Part shown: positions 38,309-47,338 of the stretch, piece after piece
Numbering within the stretch: position 1 is the stretch's first letter
Layout of the letters: each line of letters opens with the position of its first letter
Origin: an uncultured Bdellovibrionales bacterium
GTDB lineage: Bacteria > Bdellovibrionota > Bdellovibrionia > Bdellovibrionales > JAEYZS01
Direction of reading: 5' to 3'
Length of the DNA stretch: 64,000 nt
NCBI GenBank assembly: GCA_964469265.1
Contig: CAYXYF010000004.1
Span: 35,958 to 99,957 of the forward strand
Made by a program: the position numbers and the translations under genes
Notes under the pieces: generated by a model
Told to the model about the DNA's origin: nothing
Database searches by the model: none
Seen by the model: the letters and a program-made list of their open reading frames with translations, nothing else

Positions 38309-39280
38309 ATGACGACTGTTCTCATCCGCATGGATAAAATCGGAGATCTTATCTTAACACTGCCAGTGGATCAGGTCTTCCTGCCAACCCAACAGGTGGT
38401 GTGGTTTATTAGTCGCGGTTTAGAATACTTTCCCACAAGTGCGTCTCCTAAACGACAGTTTCATAGTTTTTCAAAAAAGTTTAGCTGGAAAGACTTCAAG
38501 CAAATGGTGTCGACCTTAAGAAGCCTGCGGCCGAGCCAAGCCATTATTTTTCATGCTCCCTGGTGGGTGGGACTTGCGCTTTGTATAGCGGGGGTGCCAA
38601 AAAGGATTGGAGTTCGAAGCAAGCCCCACTCTTATATATTCTTTAATAGGTCTTTAAGGCAGAAGCGGAGCCGGGCGCAGAAGCATGAAGCTGAATATGG
38701 GCTAGAGCTTGTTCGCTTAGCGCTCGGGCAAGGTTTTGATTTTCATGGTTTAGAGCCGTTGAAGCTAAAAAGCTCCCTTGATAAAAACGAACTCAAGGGC
38801 TTCGGTGTTTCAGACCACTATATAGTCGTCCATCCTGGGATGGCAGGCTCAGCGCTAAACTGGCCAGCACAAAAATACATTCAATTTATCAGATACTTTT
38901 CAAAGACTTATGACGTTGTAATAACATGTGGACCCAATGATCATAGTATCGTTAATCCCATTGCCGAGGCCCTTAAGGAAAATTCGAAAGTAAAGGTACT
39001 AACGGGGTTGAGCTTCGATCAACTCACCTTGGTCCTTGAAAACGCTAGGGGAGTTCTTGCTCCAAGTACTGGGGTGGTCCATATGGCGGCATCCGTAGGA
39101 GTGCCCACCCTTGGAATTTATAGCCCAGTGGGAGTTGAGCGGGCCATCCGCTGGGGACCACGAGGGTCAAAGGTTCATACTTTGACACCAGAAACGAAAA
39201 ATAATACCTTCGACCCTCAAACTGTCATGGACAGCTTAGGGGCTGATCAGGTCATAAATAAGTTTAAGGAAATGCTATGA
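38309..39280 (+). CDS. Glycosyltransferase family 9 (LPS heptosyltransferase-like)
   Basis: VLIRMDKIGDLILTLP at the N-terminus and APSTGVVHMAASVGVPTLGIYSP near the C-terminus are GT9 hallmarks. Confidence 0.7.
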   Translation: MTTVLIRMDKIGDLILTLPVDQVFLPTQQVVWFISRGLEYFPTSASPKRQFHSFSKKFSWKDFKQMVSTLRSLRPSQAIIFHAPWWVGLALCIAGVPKRIGVRSKPHSYIFFNRSLRQKRSRAQKHEAEYGLELVRLALGQGFDFHGLEPLKLKSSLDKNELKGFGVSDHYIVVHPGMAGSALNWPAQKYIQFIRYFSKTYDVVITCGPNDHSIVNPIAEALKENSKVKVLTGLSFDQLTLVLENARGVLAPSTGVVHMAASVGVPTLGIYSPVGVERAIRWGPRGSKVHTLTPETKNNTFDPQTVMDSLGADQVINKFKEML

Positions 39281-40278
39281 GCATCGATGCAAAAAAATTA
39301 GAACAATACATCCAGCAATTTGCGAAAAAGAAAATCATGATCGTTGGTGATATTGGACTCGATGAATACGTCAACGGTGCCGTAAAAAGAATCTCTCCAG
39401 AGGCCCCAGTTCCTGTCGTTGAGGTCCATGCTGAGGAGCAACGGCTGGGTCTTGCAACCAACGTTGCACAAAACATCGTAAGCCTTGGTGGAACCCCTGT
39501 TTTGGTTTCTGTTATCGGAAATGATTATGCTGGAGACCAGCTCAAAAAGCTCCTACGAGAAGCCAATGTTTCTGATGAGTATCTTATTTCAGATAAAAGC
39601 AGGCCAACCACAAAAAAACTTCGAGTCATGTCTGAGCATCATCACGTTGTTCGGGTTGATTTTGAACAAAAGCGATTTTTAGATGCAGAAATTGAGGCAA
39701 AAGTACTTTCTCAAGTCGAGGCTCATATTTCAGAGTGCGAAGGTATCATCATTCAAGACTACGCGAAGGGAATCTTCTCTGAAAAGTTAATTCAAGATGT
39801 TGTTCGAGTTGTGAAAGCTCATAAAAAGAAAGTGATTGTAGATCCGCACCGCAATACACCGATTGAGTATTACAGAGGCGTTGATCTTATGACTCCGAAT
39901 GCGGAAGAGGCGATTTTGCTCAGCCGTCTTCCAGTCGATGATTTACGAGGGGTATCCGAGTCTTTTGCTGAAGTGGGTGACGCTTTGATGAAAGCGATCG
40001 GTTCTCCACAGATGGTCGTAACTCGAGGAAAAGAAGGCATGACCTTCTTTGAGAATGGAAAATCTGAAACCGTTCCTACCGTTGCTCGTGAAGTTTTTGA
40101 TGTCACTGGGGCTGGAGATACCGTTGTTGCGGCGATGACGCTTGCTTGGTGCTCAGATATTTCTCTTAAAGAAAGCTGTCTCATTGCAAATCATGCGGCA
40201 GGAGTGGTTGTAGCCAAAATTGGTTGTGCAACTTGTGATATACAAGAACTCACTCACTCTTTTGCAAATAATTCTTAG
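39277..40278 (+). CDS. hldA: D-glycero-beta-D-manno-heptose-7-phosphate kinase (RfaE domain I / HldA type, kinase only)
   Basis: KIMIVGDIGLDEYVNG...ISPEAPVPV at the N-terminus and DVTGAGDTVVAAM (ribokinase-family motif). 333 aa with no adenylyltransferase domain. Confidence 0.8.
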   Translation: MSIDAKKLEQYIQQFAKKKIMIVGDIGLDEYVNGAVKRISPEAPVPVVEVHAEEQRLGLATNVAQNIVSLGGTPVLVSVIGNDYAGDQLKKLLREANVSDEYLISDKSRPTTKKLRVMSEHHHVVRVDFEQKRFLDAEIEAKVLSQVEAHISECEGIIIQDYAKGIFSEKLIQDVVRVVKAHKKKVIVDPHRNTPIEYYRGVDLMTPNAEEAILLSRLPVDDLRGVSESFAEVGDALMKAIGSPQMVVTRGKEGMTFFENGKSETVPTVAREVFDVTGAGDTVVAAMTLAWCSDISLKESCLIANHAAGVVVAKIGCATCDIQELTHSFANNS

Positions 40279-40357
40279 CCCCTATGAACGGGATTGCTTT
40301 AGTAGGTTGTCATAGACGATAATAGGCATTGCTGCTTTTATAGATAAGGAGTGCGCG

Positions 40358-40516
40358 ATGTTTGAAGTTATTATGATTGTTGGGCTTATTGCGCTTTATT
40401 TCTTCTTTATGGTTTTTTACCCAGAGTGGGTTGGAATTATGGGGAAGGTCGGTAAAAAGAACGAAAAAGCACGTCAAAAAGGGTCAAAGGCCGAAGACCC
40501 CGATTTTTTAAAGTAA
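40358..40516 (+). CDS. Small membrane protein (52 aa), not in the ORF track
   Basis: Hand-translated as MFEVIMIVGLIALYFFFMVFYPEWVGIMGKVGKKNEKARQKGSKAEDPDFLK. One TM helix plus a basic tail. RBS TAAGGAG lies 7 nt upstream. Confidence 0.5.
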   Translation: MFEVIMIVGLIALYFFFMVFYPEWVGIMGKVGKKNEKARQKGSKAEDPDFLK

Positions 40517-40642
40517 ACCCCGTAGAACAAATACAATTCCCCTTGTTATTTTACCTTCGTTTAAGGTAAAAAAGTTCCTTTATAACCAGCTGTAACAAGC
40601 TAAGCGTCAAATAAAAACTTTTGAATGCTTGAAAGGATAAAA

Positions 40643-41803
40643 ATGTCTACTCAAACGACTGAGTTCTCAACTCAATATAAACCATTTCTTCCAGAGCCAG
40701 AAGCAGAGCAAATCCAGTACGAAAAAAGAAACTTCTTTGATTTAACTCTTGAGCAGCTGAAAGAAATTCTGCAAGTTTACGGAAAAGAAAAATTTCGTGC
40801 TCAACAGATTTTTTCGTGGGTTTATCAAAAGGGCATCACCGACTTTGAGCAAATGACAAACCTATCAAAAGAACTCAGAGCGGAACTACCTAAAATTTTA
40901 GAATTTAGAACATTGGAAATGGTATCTCACTTAAAGAGTATCGACGGCACCCAAAAGTTCTTGTTCCGTCTTCCCGCTTCAGAGAAGGGTGGAGCTCTGA
41001 CGTTTGAAACTGTGATAATTCCGTCACGCGATAGACTGACTCTTTGTGTTTCTAGTGAGGTCGGTTGCAATATGGCGTGTAAGTTTTGTTTTACAGGAAA
41101 ACAGAAACTCAAACGCAGATTGCCTGCTGGTGATATTGTTATGCAATTTCTACTGGCATCACAGAAACTTGAAGGCGATCAGCGCTTAACCAATATTGTT
41201 TTTATGGGAATGGGAGAGCCACTGGATAATCCAGATGCGGTCTTTAATAGCATTAAAATTTTAAATTCGCCATGGGGAATGAATTTTTCAAGAAAGAGGG
41301 TGACTGTCTCCACTTCAGGAATTGTTCCCAATATAAAATTAATTGCAGAAAGTGGAGCACGCTTGGCAGTCAGTCTTAATGCAACGACTGATGAGATGAG
41401 AGATTTCATCATGCCAATTAATAAACGCTATCCGCTCTCAGAACTTATGCAAAGCTGTCGCGAGTATTATGAAACAACGGGAGACGAAATTACTTTTGAG
41501 TACGTTCTTCTGAAAGATGTAAATGACACTATTGAGGACGCAAAGCGTATAAAAAAATTAACTAAAGGGATTCCTTGCAAAATCAATCTAATTCCGTTTA
41601 ATGAACATCCTGGATCAGAATTTAAACGTCCTGAAAGAGTTAAAGTTTTAGATTTTCAAAAGGCTTTAATGAATATGGGAATGCACGTTCTTATCCGAAG
41701 AACAATGGGGCGAGATATCTACGCAGCTTGCGGTCAGTTGCAGTCAGCGTACGACGGTAAGCCGAAGAAACTTACCCCTGATGTAATGACAACGTCGGTT
41801 TAA
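40643..41803 (+). CDS. rlmN: 23S rRNA/tRNA m2A methyltransferase RlmN (radical SAM)
   Basis: FRAQQIFSWVY, CVSSEVGCNMACKFCFTG, NIVFMGMGEPL and AACGQL. Start set at ATG 40643 (RBS AAAGGA). Confidence 0.9.
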   Translation: MSTQTTEFSTQYKPFLPEPEAEQIQYEKRNFFDLTLEQLKEILQVYGKEKFRAQQIFSWVYQKGITDFEQMTNLSKELRAELPKILEFRTLEMVSHLKSIDGTQKFLFRLPASEKGGALTFETVIIPSRDRLTLCVSSEVGCNMACKFCFTGKQKLKRRLPAGDIVMQFLLASQKLEGDQRLTNIVFMGMGEPLDNPDAVFNSIKILNSPWGMNFSRKRVTVSTSGIVPNIKLIAESGARLAVSLNATTDEMRDFIMPINKRYPLSELMQSCREYYETTGDEITFEYVLLKDVNDTIEDAKRIKKLTKGIPCKINLIPFNEHPGSEFKRPERVKVLDFQKALMNMGMHVLIRRTMGRDIYAACGQLQSAYDGKPKKLTPDVMTTSV

Positions 41804-41821
41804 TGCACGACTGGGGGAAGT

Positions 41822-42727
41822 ATGCCTGAAATTTTAGTAGTTGGTAGTTTGGCTTATGATTCAATTTCAACTCCAGCAGGGAAAAAAGAAAGATGCGTTG
41901 GGGGCTCTGCCAATTATTTTTCAGTCGTAGCCTCAAGATATACTAAAGTAAATATTGTCGGCGTTGTTGGGCGAGACTACGAAGAATCCAACATCGAGAT
42001 GCTTAGATCACGCGGTGTAGATGTTTCTGGAATCGAGAGAAAAGAAGGGCATACATTCCACTGGGAAGGTAAATATCAAGACGATATGAACGAGGCACAA
42101 ACTCTAGCGACTCATCTTAACGTTTTTGAATCCTTTGACCCCGTCGTTCCAACTAAATTTAAGAGTTCACCTGTAGTGTTTCTTGCTAACATTGATCCTG
42201 AGCTGCAGCTAAAAGTTTTAGAGCAGGCCGAGAGTCCGAAGATTGTTGCAGTTGACACCATGAATTTTTGGATTCAAACAAAGCCTGATGACCTTAAAAA
42301 AGTCCTCAACAAAGCAAACATACTTTTCGTGAATAACACTGAAGCACTTATGTTGACTCGCAAACCAAATGCTATGGCGGCGGCAAAAGCCCTCTGTGAA
42401 ATGGGTCCTGAAGTTGTGGTCATTAAGCGAGGTGAGTACGGTTGTATCATGTATTCACAAGGTGAGTTCTTTATCTTGCCAGCCTTCCCCCTCTTAGAGA
42501 TCACAGACCCGACAGGCGCTGGTGACACATTTGCTGGCGGCTTTATGGGGTATTTATCAAAGAACAACCTCGACCTTAGCTGTGCGACTCTTCGCCGAGC
42601 GTGTGTCGAAGGTTCTTTAACAGCATCTTATACTGTTGAAGACTTTGGACTAGTTCGAGTGTTGAATTTAAGCGAAAACGACATTAAATCGCGCTTAGAG
42701 AGCTTTATTAAGGTAGTTAAGATCTAA
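41822..42727 (+). CDS. PfkB-family carbohydrate/nucleoside kinase
   Basis: PfkB signature DPTGAGDTFAGGF and N-terminal VVGSLAYDSI. The substrate cannot be determined from the sequence. Confidence 0.75.
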   Translation: MPEILVVGSLAYDSISTPAGKKERCVGGSANYFSVVASRYTKVNIVGVVGRDYEESNIEMLRSRGVDVSGIERKEGHTFHWEGKYQDDMNEAQTLATHLNVFESFDPVVPTKFKSSPVVFLANIDPELQLKVLEQAESPKIVAVDTMNFWIQTKPDDLKKVLNKANILFVNNTEALMLTRKPNAMAAAKALCEMGPEVVVIKRGEYGCIMYSQGEFFILPAFPLLEITDPTGAGDTFAGGFMGYLSKNNLDLSCATLRRACVEGSLTASYTVEDFGLVRVLNLSENDIKSRLESFIKVVKI

Positions 42728-42824
42728 GTTTTCAATTTCGACGTTACGAACCTAGGTCCAAAACTCCGCATTCTCATCACGCCTGCTTCAGTGAAACCCT
42801 TTTGTTTCCGATTATTTAACTAGG

Positions 42825-43628
42825 ATGAGCGGAAAATCTAAAAAGAAAACAAAAGACGATTTAGCTGATTTTTTTCTGGGCAACGACCAAACAAAATCAG
42901 TTAAAACAAATGACAAGACATCGGTGTTGGCTCCAGTTGAGGACAACACAAAGTCGCTCTCTGTCAAAAAAGCCACGACAAGCGAAATTAGTAAAAAAGA
43001 TATTTCAAGCGACCCATCACTGTTCTCTTTAGAGGCAGCACTGAAACAATCTGAATATTTGAAGGTTGCGCAGAGTAAGGTGAATTCCTTAGAAAAACAG
43101 ATCGATACGTTAAAGTCTGAAAACGAAGTGCTTTCTGCTTCTGCAATTGTTTTAAAGAAGAAGTATGAAGAGATGACTGCGAAATTTGAATCTCTGCTCG
43201 AGGAACAGCGAGCGAAGATAACTATTTTAACTGAAGACCTTGAACATAAGTCTCATGTTATTGGGGAGCTTGAAAAGAAAAATCATAAAATCCAGAGTAG
43301 CAACGAAGAATTTAAGCTTCTCGTCGACGATAAGTTGCAGCAGGTTCGGGTGAAAGAACGTGAACTTCAAAATCGTCTTGAAATTTTACAACATGAGGGC
43401 GATGTGGTCATCACGAGCAAGGATGAGACTATTCTTGACCTCAAAAAACAAATGGATCAAATGAATTTTGAACTAGATAGTTATAAGGCTCAGAGTAAGG
43501 ATTTAAATCAACAGATTCAAAACCTCAAAGATCAAATTCGCCGTGGAGCGAAGGCTTTAAGAGCAGCTTTGGGTGCGCTTGAACAAGAGAACATCAAGAT
43601 CGAAGAACTTAAGAAAACAGGGACGTGA
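42825..43628 (+). CDS. Coiled-coil protein (first gene of the GGDEF operon)
   Basis: 267 aa. A basic, disordered N-terminus is followed by about 190 aa of heptad-like Leu/Glu/Lys-rich sequence (LEKQIDTLKSENEVL...LQNRLEILQHE...IQNLKDQI). No TM segment or signal peptide. Confidence 0.6.
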   Translation: MSGKSKKKTKDDLADFFLGNDQTKSVKTNDKTSVLAPVEDNTKSLSVKKATTSEISKKDISSDPSLFSLEAALKQSEYLKVAQSKVNSLEKQIDTLKSENEVLSASAIVLKKKYEEMTAKFESLLEEQRAKITILTEDLEHKSHVIGELEKKNHKIQSSNEEFKLLVDDKLQQVRVKERELQNRLEILQHEGDVVITSKDETILDLKKQMDQMNFELDSYKAQSKDLNQQIQNLKDQIRRGAKALRAALGALEQENIKIEELKKTGT

Positions 43629-43636
43629 AGTGAACA

Positions 43637-44596
43637 ATGAGAAATGTTAAAGCGGTTAAAACATTCATCGATAATTTAGGGCGCTTAGAAAAAAGTATTC
43701 TGAAAAGTAAAAGCCCTAAACACTATAAGGAAGTTTTGGAGTTCTTCAGAGATGAGCTTTTAGTTGATCAGGCGTTCATCTGGCGAGAACAAGTTGCAAT
43801 TCCGCAACCTGGAAGAGATGGCGAACCACTGCGACAGAAGTTTTTAGCCATTCACAAGACCTCGTTAGAGGAATTTTCAGTATACTGTAAAAAATTTGAG
43901 CGCGTGAATTTTTCAACCGCCATGCACTTTGATGAAAATCTATTATATATGAAGCTTACGGCAGATAACGGAGAGCATTTTTGCTTTGCAATCAAGGGCT
44001 ACCCTGTCTTTTTAAAAAAGGATGAGGTCTGTGCACATATGTTTGTAAAGCGGATGGCTGGGTTGATGAATATGATCGATACCTTAGATGAAATTCAAAC
44101 CATGAACTTTGAAGATGACGTCACGGGGCTATACAATCAGCGATATTTGAATATTCTGTTAGATCAAGAAATCGAACGGTATAAGAGATCCAATGTTTCT
44201 TTTAGCGTTTTATTTATTGATGTCGACCATTTTAAAATGGTTAATGATAAAAACGGTCATATGGTAGGATCGCAGGTACTCAAAGAAATTGGCCAAATTA
44301 TAAAAAAGAGCGTACGCACCGTTGATTTTTGCTTTCGATATGGCGGTGATGAGTTTTTAACTGTCTTAACTTCAACTACGACCGAGCAAGCAACAGCAGT
44401 TGCAAACAGAATATGTAGAAGTGTGAGAGAAACACCGTTTATTGTCGATGGAAAGAGAGTACAAGTGACTTTAAGTATCGGTGTGGCATGTTTTCCCGAA
44501 CACGCACAGACGAAAGAAAAAATACTACAAGTTGCCGACGAAGCAATGTATTGTGGGAAGAATTTAAGTCGCAATGTTGTCTATTTGGCTAGTTAA
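43637..44596 (+). CDS. GGDEF-domain nucleotide cyclase with Ser at the Hypr selectivity position; N-terminal domain of unknown type
   Basis: FIDVDHFKMVNDKNGHMVGSQVLKEIG...VRTVDFCFRYGGDEF. The GGDEF active site and the RxxD I-site are intact. The residue after GHxxG is Ser rather than the canonical Asp. Confidence 0.85.
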   Translation: MRNVKAVKTFIDNLGRLEKSILKSKSPKHYKEVLEFFRDELLVDQAFIWREQVAIPQPGRDGEPLRQKFLAIHKTSLEEFSVYCKKFERVNFSTAMHFDENLLYMKLTADNGEHFCFAIKGYPVFLKKDEVCAHMFVKRMAGLMNMIDTLDEIQTMNFEDDVTGLYNQRYLNILLDQEIERYKRSNVSFSVLFIDVDHFKMVNDKNGHMVGSQVLKEIGQIIKKSVRTVDFCFRYGGDEFLTVLTSTTTEQATAVANRICRSVRETPFIVDGKRVQVTLSIGVACFPEHAQTKEKILQVADEAMYCGKNLSRNVVYLAS

Positions 44597-45685
44597 GTGA
44601 AAATCATGAGAAGAATAAAACTTGTTGTTAGTGATCTACATGTCGGTGCTGGCAAAGTTCTAGAGGATGGAAACATCAACTCTTTAGAAGAGTTTTATTA
44701 TGATGAGCGTTTTGCCGAGTTTCTTAATTACTACACGACAGGTGAATATGCGGATGCAGAAGTAGAACTCATTCTCAATGGGGATATCTTAAACTTATTG
44801 CAAGTCGATTATCGTGGACACTTTCTTTCAGTTATTACGGAGTCGATAACTGTAGATATCGTAAAAAAAATTGTAGACGGACATCCAATTTTTTTTAATG
44901 CCCTTAAAAACTTTGCAAAAAATACTAAAAACAGCATCACGTACGTTGTTGGTAACCATGATCAAGGTATGCTCTGGCCGCAAGCTCGGGAATACTTAAA
45001 TCTAGTGGTAGGAACAACAATACGGTACCGAAATATTGTTTATTACTTTGATGGCGTGCACATTGAGCACGGACACATGCATGAGCCCGCTAACAGAATT
45101 GACCCGAAGAAATTTTTCATTAAGAAAGAATATCCTACTCCGATATTAAATCTGCCTTTTGGATCCTTCTTTTTCGTAGAATTTGTACTTCGTATTAAGA
45201 AGGTGAATCCCCATGTAGACAAGGTTCGTCCTTTTAAAGCAATGATGAGGTGGTCACTTTTGCAGGAACCCAAGTTCCTGATTATCACTACAGTTAAGCT
45301 TTATAAGTTCATGTTTGACTCGATTTTTTCTTCCGATCCAAGAAAGCGTTACCCATGGAAGCAGATTATAAAGATTTTCTTGGAGCGATCCATCTTTCCA
45401 GATCTGGATGTGGCAGCAAAAAAAATCTTAAAGGATGACAGAGTCCATACAGTAATCTTTGGGCACAACCACGTTTATCGTTACCGCCAGTGGTTGAAAG
45501 GAAAACAATACTTTAATACTGGCACATGGACAGAGTTAACATCTCTTGATGTGGGATCCTTCGGAAAGCTCACTAAATTGACCTATGTTGTTTTGGATTA
45601 CCCTGAAGGTGCGAACCAACCCATGGCTCGTCTTAAGGAATGGAAGGGTTACCACAGAATCCAAGAAGACGTTGACGTCACTTAG
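44597..45685 (+). CDS. Calcineurin-like metallophosphoesterase
   Basis: The ordered motifs SDLHVG, NGDILN, GNHDQG, EHGH and FGHNHV make up the MPE signature. Its GTG start directly abuts the GGDEF stop (alternative ATG at 44606). Confidence 0.75.
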   Translation: MKIMRRIKLVVSDLHVGAGKVLEDGNINSLEEFYYDERFAEFLNYYTTGEYADAEVELILNGDILNLLQVDYRGHFLSVITESITVDIVKKIVDGHPIFFNALKNFAKNTKNSITYVVGNHDQGMLWPQAREYLNLVVGTTIRYRNIVYYFDGVHIEHGHMHEPANRIDPKKFFIKKEYPTPILNLPFGSFFFVEFVLRIKKVNPHVDKVRPFKAMMRWSLLQEPKFLIITTVKLYKFMFDSIFSSDPRKRYPWKQIIKIFLERSIFPDLDVAAKKILKDDRVHTVIFGHNHVYRYRQWLKGKQYFNTGTWTELTSLDVGSFGKLTKLTYVVLDYPEGANQPMARLKEWKGYHRIQEDVDVT

Positions 45686-46608
45686 CGTTCGTTTAACCCA
45701 GTGAGGCGCTCAGCCCTCAAATCATCAATCGTGACATAGTTGTCCGTATATTTTCCGTCCTTCATTTTGAGGTTATGGATATGAAGACCACTGAGAATAT
45801 TTAAAAAATAGGTATGGTAAATATCTTCTTGAAGATAATAGATGACTTCTTTTTCAGTGATCTTTCCTTGAGACTCGAGTTTTAGAAGATCTTTCGCATA
45901 AGGCGAATCAAAAACCTTTGTCTCCTTACTGTAGTTATTTAAATAAGCATCAATGGCAAAGTATTTAAGATACATCCTATGGGTTTCATCGAAGAGAAAC
46001 TTAGCTTGCTCTTCTGTAAGAGGCTTTTGATGTTCTTTGGCCACATGGGTGCCTTCAAAAGCAAAGACGCCTTTTTCAAGAAATATTGTGAGATGTTTAA
46101 AGAGAGGTGTTGGGAGATGAGTTGCGATGTTCTCCTCAAGGGTAAGACGAAGGGGGCTTTGATCTCTAATAGATATATAGTAGTTCGCATAATCCTTTTG
46201 AATTTCGTAGGCGAGGATTCGTTTCTGCACATCAATATTGCCTAAACGCTCATCTAGTTTTTTTGCATCGTTATCTAAAGTTAGTTTCTTGATATTGCGG
46301 TATCGAAAATCGTGTTGAATCAGATCGTCATAGTAGGTCTTATTGGAATTCGTATGCTCAATGCTTTTGGCGGCAATGGTGGCTCGGGCCGCGGGGAAAA
46401 AAATACGCTGATCGACTTCTTTCCATATCATCATACTCAGTGCTGCTGTGAGTGGAATTTGGTAAGAAAGCTTAATAATTTGAGCCTTATGCCGGCTAAA
46501 GAAGGAAGCCTTTTTAGCAAACAAGGAGCCGCAACGGTTGGGTGTCACTTCAGCATGGGCAAAGCATGTCGAAGTGACGAGTAAAAAAATGACAAGCAGT
46601 TTTTTCAT
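45682..46608 (-). CDS. Exported hypothetical protein
   Basis: 308 aa with the signal peptide LLVIFLLVTSTCFAHA. No family recognised. Confidence 0.5.
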   Translation of the reverse strand: MKKLLVIFLLVTSTCFAHAEVTPNRCGSLFAKKASFFSRHKAQIIKLSYQIPLTAALSMMIWKEVDQRIFFPAARATIAAKSIEHTNSNKTYYDDLIQHDFRYRNIKKLTLDNDAKKLDERLGNIDVQKRILAYEIQKDYANYYISIRDQSPLRLTLEENIATHLPTPLFKHLTIFLEKGVFAFEGTHVAKEHQKPLTEEQAKFLFDETHRMYLKYFAIDAYLNNYSKETKVFDSPYAKDLLKLESQGKITEKEVIYYLQEDIYHTYFLNILSGLHIHNLKMKDGKYTDNYVTIDDLRAERLTGLNER

Positions 46609-46616
46609 CTGGATTG

Positions 46617-47210
46617 TTAAGGGTTTCGGAGCTCTCGTCTTATATTATTAAAGGCTTCACTACTGTAGATGAGAACAGCTTCGCCGACGTTAACATCTGG
46701 GCATCTCACTTCCGTACAAAATATTGTGGCAAATGGAACGTAGCCTGGATCTCTTTCATCTAGAGCATTTAGAACATAAATTCTTGATCCAATATCTAGA
46801 ACGAGTAGGAGTTGTCCGCTCCGAACAAGAAACTTCGCAGTTCCGCGCCCCATTCGTTTTGCAATGCCACCTTCAATTTTACTCAGCTCGCGTTTTAATG
46901 CATTAATTCTTGATTGACGAACCTGAGGTGGTAGATCCGAAGAATTCTTTAGTATATCAATCTGAGCGTGAATTGTGGCGATCGCTTTTTCATCGACTTT
47001 TGTGATAAGGCCATTGAGTTGGTAAGCTGCAACTGCCTCAACTGAGCCGTAGATAACTTGTTGAGTAACGGTTTCGCTATCGGCTCGATCGAAACGCTGG
47101 TTTAGCCGTCGCTGGAAGTCATCAATAATTTGGGCTTGTGCATAAGAGAGAGCTAACAGAGTTATTAGAAAAACAATGGGGCCAAGACTTTTGCTTACAC
47201 GAAGACTCAT
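46617..47210 (-). CDS. Exported hypothetical protein
   Basis: 197 aa with the signal peptide IVFLITLLALSYAQA. No family recognised. Confidence 0.5.
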   Translation of the reverse strand: MSLRVSKSLGPIVFLITLLALSYAQAQIIDDFQRRLNQRFDRADSETVTQQVIYGSVEAVAAYQLNGLITKVDEKAIATIHAQIDILKNSSDLPPQVRQSRINALKRELSKIEGGIAKRMGRGTAKFLVRSGQLLLVLDIGSRIYVLNALDERDPGYVPFATIFCTEVRCPDVNVGEAVLIYSSEAFNNIRRELRNP

Positions 47211-47338
47211 AAATAATTACTCCTAAACTATTTTTTTGTGGATTCACGCCGCATGGAAACCACTTTCATATTAAGATAAGGTGATTATTTACGGGACAAT
47301 TTGACATAACGGGGAAAAATTTGATCAGATAACTGGAT

